64,000 nt of DNA, taken from contig JAQFVV010000005.1 in the NCBI GenBank assembly GCA_028023455.1, positions 19,592,001 to 19,656,000 of the forward strand, given 5' to 3'. Position numbers and translations under genes: made by a program. The notes beneath the pieces were generated by a model, which was given only the letters and a program-made list of their open reading frames with translations, did no database searches and was not told where the DNA came from. Of this stretch, positions 52,737 to 64,000 are shown in pieces. Source of the stretch: Epiperipatus broadwayi. Lineage: Eukaryota > Animalia > Onychophora. Each line of letters begins with the position of its first letter. Position 1 is the first letter of the stretch.

Positions 52737-53658
52737 TAAAGGCAGGATTATAATAATGAAATAGCAGAATCATAGAATGATAAATTATTAATAAGGAAGT
52801 TAGATGTATTGAAAAAATTAAAGATCTTGTGCATAATTTGCATAACAGAAACAATAATATGTCATTTATGCTAAAAGAAAAAGAAATATGGCTGAAGTAG
52901 GTTGAATAATATTGGAAGAATAATAATTAAAAAGTTTAAAGAAATTTGGGAAATTTGATTTTTAAAAAATAGGGAAAACTAGAAATATAACTGGAGTTAG
53001 GATTGTTGTTGAGAGATTATAAAAGTGAGTGAAAAGCTAATATTTGTTTGATTGATTTTAAAATTACTTTGATAAGAGTAAATCGTATTATTTTGTTTAA
53101 TAAAATCAAATTGAGTTAAACAAAAAATTTTCTAGGTTTATCACATATTGAAAGGATTATTATATTAGGGTATATATCAAAAGCTAAACTAGTTAATAAA
53201 AATAAATAAATTGCATCCAATAATCAATATTTAAAAATAATATTTCACCACCATTTGGTTTCACTGCTAAAGCAGATTTCTCAAATGCAAAGGAACATAT
53301 ATGTAATAAATAAATTTCCCATAATTCTCAAGTACATTCCAATTATTTGTAATATCAAAAGAAATCTTAAATAGATTACCTAGTTTCAGTATAACATAAT
53401 ATAAATGTGACTATATAACAGCAATTATAATATATATATATAATTAGACAAAAAAGGCTTTTTCAGTATATAATTTTATGCTATTTTAAGGTTGAATACT
53501 TAATAGTAATATATTATTGCATACAGATCACCATCTATTGTTTTAGAAAGAAAAATTATCATATGTATAAAATCCCTAAATGTTCTTAACGCTATCATAT
53601 AACATTCAAGTTAAACATTTCTTTGTTAGAGAATATGCTTTTCAAGGAAGAAAATTAT

Positions 53659-54305
53659 TACCATATTATTTTGAATATAAGACATACTTTTTTTCTAAAT
53701 TTTGGACTCAAAAATTTTTAACATCTTATTTCTGCGATTCTTTGCTTATACATGCATATGGTATTACAATTGATATCACTATGTAGAATAACGTGTTAAA
53801 TCTTGTTTAATTAAAAGAAAAAAGGTATAACATTAAATGTCAGTATTTTGGGATTTAATTTTGTAAATAGCTTTAACTTTCTTAAACTATTACTTTTAAT
53901 GTTACTTTGCCGATTTTACCATTATTTTATCGAGAAAATTGTACTGAATAACCTTTAGAATTTTTTTATTACTAATAAATCATTTTGACATTTCCTTATA
54001 TCTTTGTTTTGAATTGCAAAGTGAAAACAGATGTTTTAGAATCTTTTAACATTATGCTTATTTTACCATTGTATTATTGAAAAACTGTACGGAATAACCT
54101 TCAGAATTTTTTTACAACTAATAAATTAATAAGATTTAAAGTTATAACAATGGGATAAAAACCTGCCTTCTTAGCCGCTGATTGGTTGTTTCTTATTCTC
54201 TACACAAAAAAGTGTCTGTCAATGATTTTGATAGTTTCTGATGTTTTTGTCTTCAATTTCAAAGTGAAAACATTTGTTTTAGAAACATTTAACTTTATTT
54301 TGCCA
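53659..54305 (+). mobile_element. pogo/Tigger-type TIR element copy, truncated by a LINE
   Basis: TIR TACCATATTATTTTGAATATAAGAC at 53659; homologous to 15360-16000 and 59697-60330. Confidence 0.7.
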
Positions 54306-57300
54306 GACAGCATCCATATATCCACTACTTGAGGGCAACACCAGACTTTCCTTTAGAGTAGTTAGGAAAGAAGAAATTGTTAAAATTGGATATTTGAAAT
54401 GCAAGGTGGTAGGAGACCAGAAAAGTGGCTGGAATTAAACAAAGCAATTAAAAATGAAGAACTTGAGATACTAGCAGTAGTGGAAACACATCTAAGAGAA
54501 GAAGAAGAAGAACCTATACTGGAAGACTTGGTATGGCAAGTTATAAATAGAAAAAAAAAAGGGGGTGGTGGTATAGGTGTATGCCAAAAAAAATTTTTAA
54601 ATACTGTTAAATGTCAAGAACACTTGTGGATTGAGATAAAATTAGGAAGACGAGTAAATGGTGGCTGTAGTGTATATGGCCACTTGAGATAGTCAAACTG
54701 TAATGAAGTGGAACAATAGCATATATGAATGCCTAGTTAAGAATATACAGAGTTTTAAAGCAATGGGGAAGAGAATAATAGTTATAGAGGATATGAATGG
54801 GCATATTGAAGAAATTGATGACATAGATAACAAGAATGGAAAGCTTTTGAAGAATTTTTGTCAGAGTGAATTTGAGCATTGGAAATTTATCAAATATTTA
54901 TGATATACAATACACATAGTCTAGAAATAATATATTTCACACAACACATTATGTATTAGTAGAGAAAGAGGGAATTAATAAAGTACGGCAAATTATGTTT
55001 GATAATGAAGAGAGAGTTTGTAATAATGATCATAATTTCTTTATAATAGAAATGGTTAGTAATGTGATGGAAAATAGTAATAAAAGTAGAAAGGATGGTG
55101 AAATATGTGATGGAGAATGAATGATAAGAATAAGAAAAATATAAAATAAAAATTGAAGAAATTATGGAAGAGTTGGTTGCAGATGAAAAGTAGCAAAGAT
55201 TTTTGGTGAGAATTTTAGAAGAATAAAAGTAATAGAAAAGTGAAAGTTAATAAAATGTAAAAGAGAGGAAAAAAGTATGCAGAAAATATAAGTGTGCTAT
55301 TAAGAACAAAGAAAGTGAAAAAGATGTTAATGTTAAATGGGAAAAGTATGAGAGAGAATAAAATTAAATAGTAAATTTCTGGAGTACATTAATAAAAGTG
55401 GAAGAAATTGGGAGTAAAAAATTTTGGAAATACATTAAAAGAAGGAATGTAGGGGAGAGAAAAGTAGTATTAGACGATGAAGGAATAGAGTCCAGCTCTA
55501 GAGAAGAATTAGAGGCATTCTTAAATAAGTATGTAATGTATATAGAAAAGATGTAAGGACAGTGATAAAAAACATGAAAGCATATAGTAATAGAAATATT
55601 AGATTTACAGAAAATGAACTGAATGAGGCAGAGAAGAAATTGAAAAGTGTGAAGACAAGAGGTTTAGATGGATGGGCAGCAGAGATGGTAATGAATTTAG
55701 GACATATAGCAAAATTAAAATTATTATCATGTTTTAATAAGATGGCACAGAAGATAGATTTTCCGGGGTAGTTGGAGTAATACTAGAGTAAGGCTACTAT
55801 TTAAAGGAACGGGTAAGGATCATAGAAAGTTAACTAATTATAGATCGATAGTGGTAACATCAATATTATATAAAGTTTTTGCATATATGATGGTTGGAAG
55901 GGTTGCAAAATGGATGGAAGAAAATAATATAGTGGGAGAAATGCAAGGAGGTTTTTGATCAGATAGGCATATAGTAAAAAGTTTATTTGTAGTTACACAG
56001 CTTATTGATATGAGTAGAAATACAGGTGGATAGTTATATATGGTTTTTATAGATATAGAGAAGTTATATGATAGAGTAAATAGAAATAGATTATGGGTAA
56101 GTTTAATAAATTTGGTAATGGATGGAGCTTTAGTGTATATTATTAAGAGATATGAAAATAATTACTGTACATATCAATTAGGGAATATAGAATCAGTTAA
56201 AGTTAAAAATGGAGTGGGACTAAGGCAAGGATGCCCTATGTCACCTATTTTATTTTTGTTGTATTTGAGAGAAATGGAGAGAGCTATAGAAAGACTAGGA
56301 AGAGGAGTAGAGATACCATTAAAAGGTGGCAAGGGAGTATATACATCATCAGGTCTTTTATTTGCGGATGATGTCTTCTTGTGCGCAGAAAGAAGATATG
56401 GAAGTTATGCTGAGGACATGCACAAGGATGGGTAAAGCGATGGTGATTAAATTAAGTAATGATGATTAATACTGGGAAAAGAGAAAACAAAGAATTTATA
56501 TTGGGGGATATAAAGTTAAGTATGGTGAATAGGTGTAACTACTTGAGAATCGCCTTAAGTAATCAAAGAAATTGCTTGGATGAATGGGAGAAAAAATTGA
56601 TAAATGAAGCAAAGAAAAGAAAGGCGTTGATAAAGAAATTAACAGTGTTTTCATGTAATAAATATGATGTAGCTAAAATTGCATGGAAGGGAGTGGCAGT
56701 TGGAGTGTTAACCTATGGTAATGATGCATTATGTGTTAGGAAAGTGGTATCAGATTTCTTCAAAAAAGTACGAAGATATGCATTAGATATAAGTGTGTGG
56801 ATGGCAAAGGAGACAATTCAAGGAGAAATGGGATGGTCAAGTCTTTGTATGAGAGATAGAAAAAGCAAAATGAAAAGTTTTGGTACTTTGCAGTTTATGG
56901 ATAGTAAGAGAATAGCTAAAATAATATTTAATTGAGTTGAGTAAAGGGCAGGCAACAAGATGGATGAGAAAGGTAGTACGGTATACAGAAGATTTTGATA
57001 TAGAATTTATGTCAGTATACTTATACAAAAGGTGGGATGATTGTGTTAAGAGAATTGTTGAATGTTATAGTGATGAGGAATGGGATAGAAAAATAGATGC
57101 ATTAATAAACAATTGGGAGATGAGAGTAATAAGAGTTTAAGTTAATTTATGATAATAGCAAGGAAAGTAGTCTGCTATTTAAGACTCAAACAGAATCTTT
57201 TGCAGCAAGAGAATATACCCATAAATGGAAAATTGTGGGTGATCTAGTCTGCAAGTTGTGTAAGGAAGGCATAGAAAATATTAGGCATCTGTTAATTGAA

Positions 57301-57600
57301 TGTAAATGCCTGAAAGCAGAAAGGGTACAAATAATGAAGTTATGGAAGAATAAATATAAACAAAGTCATTATACAGAAAGTGGGTTATTGATTTTTATGC
57401 TGGGTTTGGGCAAAGATAAGGGGATTTATATATAAAGGCTATGCAGTTGACAATGATTATGTTGTGTAAATGCGATAGAGAAAAATATGGGAAAACTTAG
57501 GGCGGGAAAGGGAAGGTAAAGTGGCTAACATGTTTCTTTAGGTATAGTGGCTGAGAGATTCCTGGCTCCATATAAAAAGTCACAGTGCATCACATCACAT
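54306..57600 (+). mobile_element. APE-type non-LTR retrotransposon (endonuclease, RT, C-terminal zinc finger), degenerate; clade uncertain
   Basis: ILAVVETHL, VIEDMNGHI, VFIDIEKLYDRV, GLRQGCPMSPILF, GLLFADDV, QGEMGWSS and CKLCKEGIENIRHLLIEC motifs in order, with many stops. Confidence 0.9.
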
Positions 57601-59696
57601 CTGGATTTATTTTCATGCATGTATATGCGTTGCTCCCAATTTCCATGAGTAATACGCTTTAGACTCCTTCACAGACTTTTCAGTCCTCTATACTATACTA
57701 CTTTAGCTTAGAGAATGAGATTCATAACAAATAAACAATTGACAGACAATAAGCAAACACTAGGCAAATTTAAATAATTATAACATTTATTAAATATTCA
57801 ATATAAAATACTTAAAATAAAATAAATAAATCTCAAATAAATTTCTGTTATGGATGGTTTTCCTTAAATAATGAATCTAAATAGTTTATTATTGTTCATT
57901 TCTAATTAAGAAAACTTAATTACACTTTTTATCTTCAATAGTTCTTTATAAAAATGTGCAAAGACCTTAATCTACCCGCACTAACAGTATTAAAGTAATT
58001 AAATATTTTAATTTCATTTAATTTTAAACTGCTTTTAACTTAAACTCATGTGTGTGCACAATATGATCCCAGATTAATCTGAGTAGAAGAACAATATTAA
58101 TAAAAAAATCCTGGAGGCTCAGTTCATAAAATCACCTCCACAATAATAATCCCGACTGCCCTCTTGAGGGTAGGTAACAAGGTATAACTAATGTTTAGAG
58201 AGGAGCTGGCTAGAGACTTGGAAAGAATACACTAAATATAACTAATGAAATAAAATGCCCTGGAATCTGTGTCTAAACAGAATTAGCAAAGACTGCTATT
58301 ATTAAATACCCAGAGAAATATATACTGCTCTGACAGATGCTAGAATTTCATAAGTTTGATAACAGTATCCAACATAAACAAAAAAATACTGACTTTCATT
58401 TATATATTCAAACAAATTAAAACACATAAGGTGTTATATACTTTAATAACATGTCAATTGCACAAACAGATATAGTAATTAGTGATTCCTCAGATTTTAA
58501 AGAAACTTATGAATAATTATTTATAAAATAAAATTACTTTCTCACTATTAATAATCACGAAAATCTTATAATGACAATAATAAACTTACTGTAAATCATT
58601 ATTCAACTATTAATAATTAAGAAATGAAAGATAATTTTATACTTTTGAGATATATAAAGAACTTAACAATGCATCCATATAAGAAAATTAATTAGACACA
58701 CAAAATAATAATTGAACATTAAATTACATCAATATCAATAAATCATCAGTTTTTAGATGTAAAATTAAATAATGCCTGACTTATTGAATTTATGATTAAA
58801 GTGCTCATGAATTACCATGAATCTTTTCATATTGCAGACTTTGTTTTGATGTTTAGTTATAGAAATATGTACTATTATGAATATCTAAATAGATGGTTTC
58901 TTTCCATGATTGGTTATTTGAGAGAACTTTTTCAGTGTAGAGATTGTTGATCAGTAATATTAGAAGGTTGGTCTTGTTATTAGCTTATGCCATGTTGGAA
59001 CGGAGTCAAAAAGTGGTAAGGTCTGGACACATTCAATAACAAAGAGAGGGTGAATAATTTACACTAAATTTTAGAGTTTTTATATTCCACATTGTTTGAG
59101 TATCTGTTTTTCTGATATACTTCCAGAACCAGGTATTAATTAAAATAACTCTAGCTAAGTCCACATTTCTAATCGCTAATTAAATTTCATTTTAATTGCT
59201 TTGTGGAATTTTATTTTGACATTGCCACTGTAAATAAATACATACCTAAGATTAAAGTAATTAAAAATTTTTTGTTATACTAGGCATTGTCTGAAATACA
59301 GAAAAGAAAATCTTATACAAAGATAAGCAAATTTCTCTTTAAAGTCCTTTTTTTCTTCTTACAACTCAATTTATAAGATTATTTGCATGTGTATGCGTTA
59401 TATACGTTGAAACGCATTCGCTAAAAATACACATTTAAAATTACATTTTAATGACAAAATTAAAATTTAAGTACTTTGATTACAATTTAACATTTTATCA
59501 AGCAAATTGATACTTGCAACCTTATATATCTATAATTTGAGATCTTGCAAAGCGTTTCAGTATATATTGCATATAGACCACCTATTGTTTTATAATAGAA
59601 AAATAATCTTATTTATAAAATCCCTTAATGCTGTCATGTGATATTCAAGTTAAACATTTTTTTATTAGAGGGTATATTTTTCAAGTAAAAAAATTA

Positions 59697-60680
59697 CTAC
59701 TCATATTACTTTGAATATAAGATGCCCTTTTTTTCCAAATTTTGGACCTATAAAAGAGAGGTGCGTCTTAAATTAGAAATAAAAATTTTTAACATTTTCT
59801 GTGATTTTTTGTTTTATTCTAGACATGCACATAGTATTACGATTGATATCCCTGTCTAGAATAGCATGGAAAATCTTGTTTAATCAAAAGAAAAAAGATT
59901 TAACATTAAATGTCAATATTTTTTAAGATTAATTTTGTATACGGCTTTAACTCTCTTAAACTGTTACTTTTAATGTTATTTTGCTGATGTTACTGAATAA
60001 TCTTTAAAAAAAAATTACAACTAATAAATTATTTTGACAGTTCCCTATATCTTTGTTTTGAATTTCAAAGTGAAAATGAATGTTTTAGAATCTTTTCACA
60101 TTATTTTGCTGATTTCACCATTATATTATTGAGAAAACTGTATGGAATAATCTTTAAAAAAAATTTAAAACTAATAAATTCATAAAATTTAAAATTATAA
60201 CAATGTCATAAAAGCCTCCCTTCCAAAACACTGATTGTTTATTCCTTGTTCTCTATATAAGTAAGTGCTTGTCAATGGTTTTGAGTTTTCCTGATATATT
60301 TCAAAGTGAAAACAACTGTTTTAGAATCTTTTAGCATTATTTTGCCAATTTTACTATTATATTTTCAAGAAAACTGTATTAAATAACCTTTAGAATTTTT
60401 TTACAACTAATAAATCAAGATTTAAATTTAAAGTTATAACAATATGATAAAAACCTATCTTCCAAAAGCGCTGATCACTTGTTTTTTGTTTTCTACACAA
60501 GGGAGCATCTGTCAATAATTTTGACAGTTCCTAATATTTTTGTTTTGAATTTCAAAGTGAAAACGAATGTTTTAGAATCTTTTTTTACACTTAATTTTTT
60601 TCTAGAAAATTTGTGAAAATATTAACTATTTACTTTTACACAAAAGCAAATTGGCAAAGAAATTATAATGTTCACTGAAT
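59697..60680 (+). mobile_element. pogo/Tigger-type TIR element copy with ~240 bp internal tandem units
   Basis: TIR TACTCATATTACTTTGAATATAAGATG at ~59697. TTTCAAAGTGAAAA..TGTTTTAGAATC recurs at ~60063, ~60300 and ~60550. Right TIR not seen. Confidence 0.7.
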
Positions 60681-61710
60681 TTATCTATATTAGGATGACA
60701 TTAAGCTTAAAGTAAAAATAAAAAAACTATGATCTGGTAATAATACCAGCAGATATAACTTGTAAGTAAAATAAAATTATGATAACAACAATCCAAATTG
60801 TGAGAAATTCAATAAAGGTTGAAATAAATTAATTATATAACAAGTATACAGTGTAGATAAAATATACTTAAATCACTATAACATTTATTTAGTATATATA
60901 TTTATTCTTTCGCACTTGAAAAGTCTGCCTTGCCTGTGAAACCAATTGATTGTGAAAGTTTAGTTTTTAAATTTTGTCTAGTTTTTTTAATTCTGAATTT
61001 GGTATAATTTGTTTAGGATATATGTATATTACAGATCTGAAAAAGGCTGTTGGACATTTAAATTCGTCAGCTATTTTAAAAAGTGATATTTTCAAGTATT
61101 GCATTGTGTTAAGTGCATAGAAGTGATATTATTGTTTATTTATATTAATGGAAAAATATAGAAATTAAAAAAAGATATGACTATTAATCAGTATGTATAA
61201 AAAGATTTGTATTAGTCATTTTGCAGATATGATAGATACAAGGAGATTGTAATGTAGAGATATCCTCTATTTGTTGTTTGGCTTAATATTTAAATACCCA
61301 TTGGCAACCCATTTCCATAAATTGTATTTTTCATATTTTCAAAATGTTGTTAATATGGTTGCTTTTATTTTAAATGTATATATTATAATGGTAAATAAAT
61401 ATATACTGTATTTACATTTAAGTGATTATATCATAAATTACATAAATAAAAAGTTCACTGCAATGAAACAAAAAAATTTAGTATTGATATCTGGTTTTGG
61501 AAAATTTCTTTGATTGACATATCTCTTCAACATCATTACCTACATTTCTGAAACAATTTAAGAAATGGGTTCTTGATTTTTTTTTTCAGAGATTTGAAAT
61601 TATATAGTATCTAAAAGAATGTTGTTTTCACTAAATAGAGAGTACAGTATTTTATATTGTATAATCATGAGTGTAATATCTAGTTATTATACATAATTTA
61701 TATTTAATAT

Positions 61711-62088
61711 CAGCGGTGAAACATTTTTCTGATTGTGGGCCAGATGAACTGTAGTGTCTCTACCAGGCCTCATGTAAAAATATTGTAATATGCCAGAAAC
61801 CAATTTTTTCTATTTTCAACAACTCTTTCACAAAAAAAAAAAAAAAAAAAGCTTTTAAAATCTGCTTCAGACAATTTAGGATGATGTTCAGCATCATGTG
61901 AATATGTTTGTATGTGACTGACTCATAATCAGCTATATATTATTTAAGTATATTTAGAGATTTTTAACATATTACCAAATATGTTTGCTTGTTTATATAA
62001 TTTAACATTTTTGCAGTAAAATTTAAAAAAAAAATCTTGTGCATAGTTCACACAATTTCTGGGCATGGGCTGTAATTTAGTCCCCTTG
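61711..62088. mobile_element. Short non-autonomous hAT element (MITE)
   Basis: Ends CAGCGGTGAAAC...GGGCCAGAT and GGGCTGTAATTTAGTCCCCTTG resemble Charlie-type termini. 8 bp flanks TTTAATAT / CTTTATAT. Confidence 0.5.
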
Positions 62089-62431
62089 CTTTATATAATT
62101 TTCCAGTTTTTTTCATATATGTGATTAGCTATTATCATAACAGCATTGACATTTTATCTGGATCTCCTCTTATTACCATGGGGTTATAACTTAATATTAG
62201 TTGTTAATGGGATATCTGTTTTTATGGAACCAGTTATATTATCTGATAATGACATGCGAGATCTGACAGTATATCGGTGCTGCAGTAATATGTAACAATA
62301 GTCTTAAACTCTTTATTCACATCTTTTGGCATCATTTTTAAAAGTTTATATATGTATATAACTATTTATTCTAATTATTTGCATTTGTTGTTTTTTAGGT
62401 TATTGCAATTATTTATCATTTTTGCTTAATA

Positions 62432-62571
62432 ATGAGTAAACCAGTTGTCTCTAACAAGCATAGTACATTGAAATTTACTATTTTAGCCAAAAATTGTTTA
62501 TCAGCAGAAGAATTAGAATTATATGAACTCTGTCATCTTGGAGGTCTCATTGTCGATCCTGAAATATTCAA
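62432..62571 (+). CDS. MZT2: Mitotic-spindle organizing protein 2 (MOZART2), first coding exon
   Basis: MSKPVVSNKHSTLKFTILAKNCLSAEELELYELCHLGGLIVDPEIF(K) resembles MZT2 KKVLSTEEMELYELAQAAGGAIDPDVFK. Acceptor TTTTTTAG at 62398 and donor GTAAGT at 62572. Confidence 0.85.
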
Positions 62572-64000
62572 GTAAGTAAAAAAAATAATCTAAATTGCTA
62601 CAGTAAATTTTCTTCTTTATGCATGATTATTGTTTTTTAAAGAAAGGGTAGTTTTTTTGATTGGGAGAATATAACCTCTATGGTATTGTAATCCTGCACT
62701 AAAGTATTAACTATTTTTTGTTAATGCTTTGGATTATTTTTTAAAGAAAATACTAGACAAAGGTTTATTATACCTTTTGTTTTAATTTATTGTACAAACA
62801 AACAAAACTACTAAACAGGTACAATGGCCCTTTGATATCTGTTGGAAGTAGCTACTCTAACTTTTTTTACAAAAATTATTCAACTTTTAATCCGATTCAT
62901 TAGTACCTATAAATTAAATTAATCAATTTATCAATAAAAATAACTTATTACATCACAAACAACATTTTGAATAACGTTAACTTAATAAACTTTTTTTACA
63001 AATGTAAAATCATCAATTTTTTTTTTATCTTGAGTGACATCAATAATTAAAATTCCTTTATCATACAACGGAAAAGTTTAAAATTGTCATAATATTAAAT
63101 AATCCAAATGAAATTAAAATAATTCATGCTTCACCAAGAAATGCCATTAATTGTGATAATATTTGCACGTTGAATATGTCAAAAAAAGTGGACACAATAA
63201 AAAACTATTAGAATGTAGTTCTATATTCACTAGGACTTTGTTCCTTTTAATTTGTCTTGTGTTTGCAAATGATTATAAAAATAAATGTATTTAGGCAAAT
63301 TTTCCTTAATTCATTTCCTAGTTGTTTGATGTCTTTTTAATTGATATCATTGTTCCAAATCATAATTCTGTATGAGCATATCATATGAATCACCACACTG
63401 TGACATTGATATTTTAATTCGTAAAAAAGCACCAATCTTTTCATAATCATAATTTGTATAATGAAAACCTTGTTCTGATTGAAGAATTCATGTGTGAGGC
63501 TTTCCAGCTTTTATTCAAGCATTAATAATGTTTTGAAAAAACAAATTTTGGTCTTAAATTGGTAATAATTTGTTAGTCTAAAATTTCATATGTATGAAAA
63601 TCGTTCACAATTGATAAATAAGTTTTATTGTTTGTTAATAAATATATGATAACTGTTTCCATTTTTTGATTAATATTAGTTGTTGAAAAATCTTGTTTTA
63701 GAAATATTTTTTTGATATAAATTAGCAGAGGAAAGTTTATATATAAACTTTTTAATTCTTACAATAAATTCATATTTTTTATATATCTATAAACTGTATG
63801 ATGTTTAAGATTAAAACTATATATTTTATTGATTATTAATGATAGCATTTTGTAATCATAGATTTTATTAAAAAAAAAAATTGAGTCATGTGATGTATGA
63901 CTTTGATAGATTTTATTAATTTTTAAAAATAAAAGCATCTTTCATAAACAAGTGTATTATTATAGGTTCATTATCATATATTTTAATTAGGAGACTTCAT

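Noticed and set aside
1-64000. Most short ORFs in the supplied track, and any CRISPR, rRNA or true tRNA gene
   Set aside because: The short ORFs are low-complexity AT-rich frames or antisense to transposon remnants. No spacer-repeat array or rRNA sequence was seen, and the tRNA-like sequences have poly(A) tails and TSDs.

Overview
This is very AT-rich animal genomic DNA, probably from an arthropod, and consists mostly of introns filled with decayed transposons. Two host genes are recognisable and lie head-to-head around a shared promoter at about 44.5-44.8 kb. OSBP (oxysterol-binding protein; first coding exon with PH domain, minus strand, 44333-44460) is followed by an intron that appears to run >44 kb to the left edge. 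MZT2/MOZART2 (coding exon 62432-62571, plus strand) has a probable non-coding first exon ending at 44821. Mobile DNA includes Merlin, hAT, pogo/Tigger, piggyBac, Tc1, RTE and other LINEs, a deleted Ty3/gypsy element and a tRNA-derived SINE. The most unusual signal is five ORF-less palindromic (fold-back) insertions of apparently unrelated sequence at about 6.5, 13.3, 35.0, 40.5 and 51.9 kb. Three have exact 11-14 bp target-site duplications, and two are built from 337-450 bp tandem units. Three carry clear minimal type I hammerhead ribozyme motifs, one a decayed motif and one a doubtful motif. In four of the five the ribozyme reads outward from the palindrome centre. They look like retrozyme/Penelope pseudo-LTR insertions made by a twin-priming or template-switching route. 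All alignments, folds and family calls were made by eye; no database search was run.
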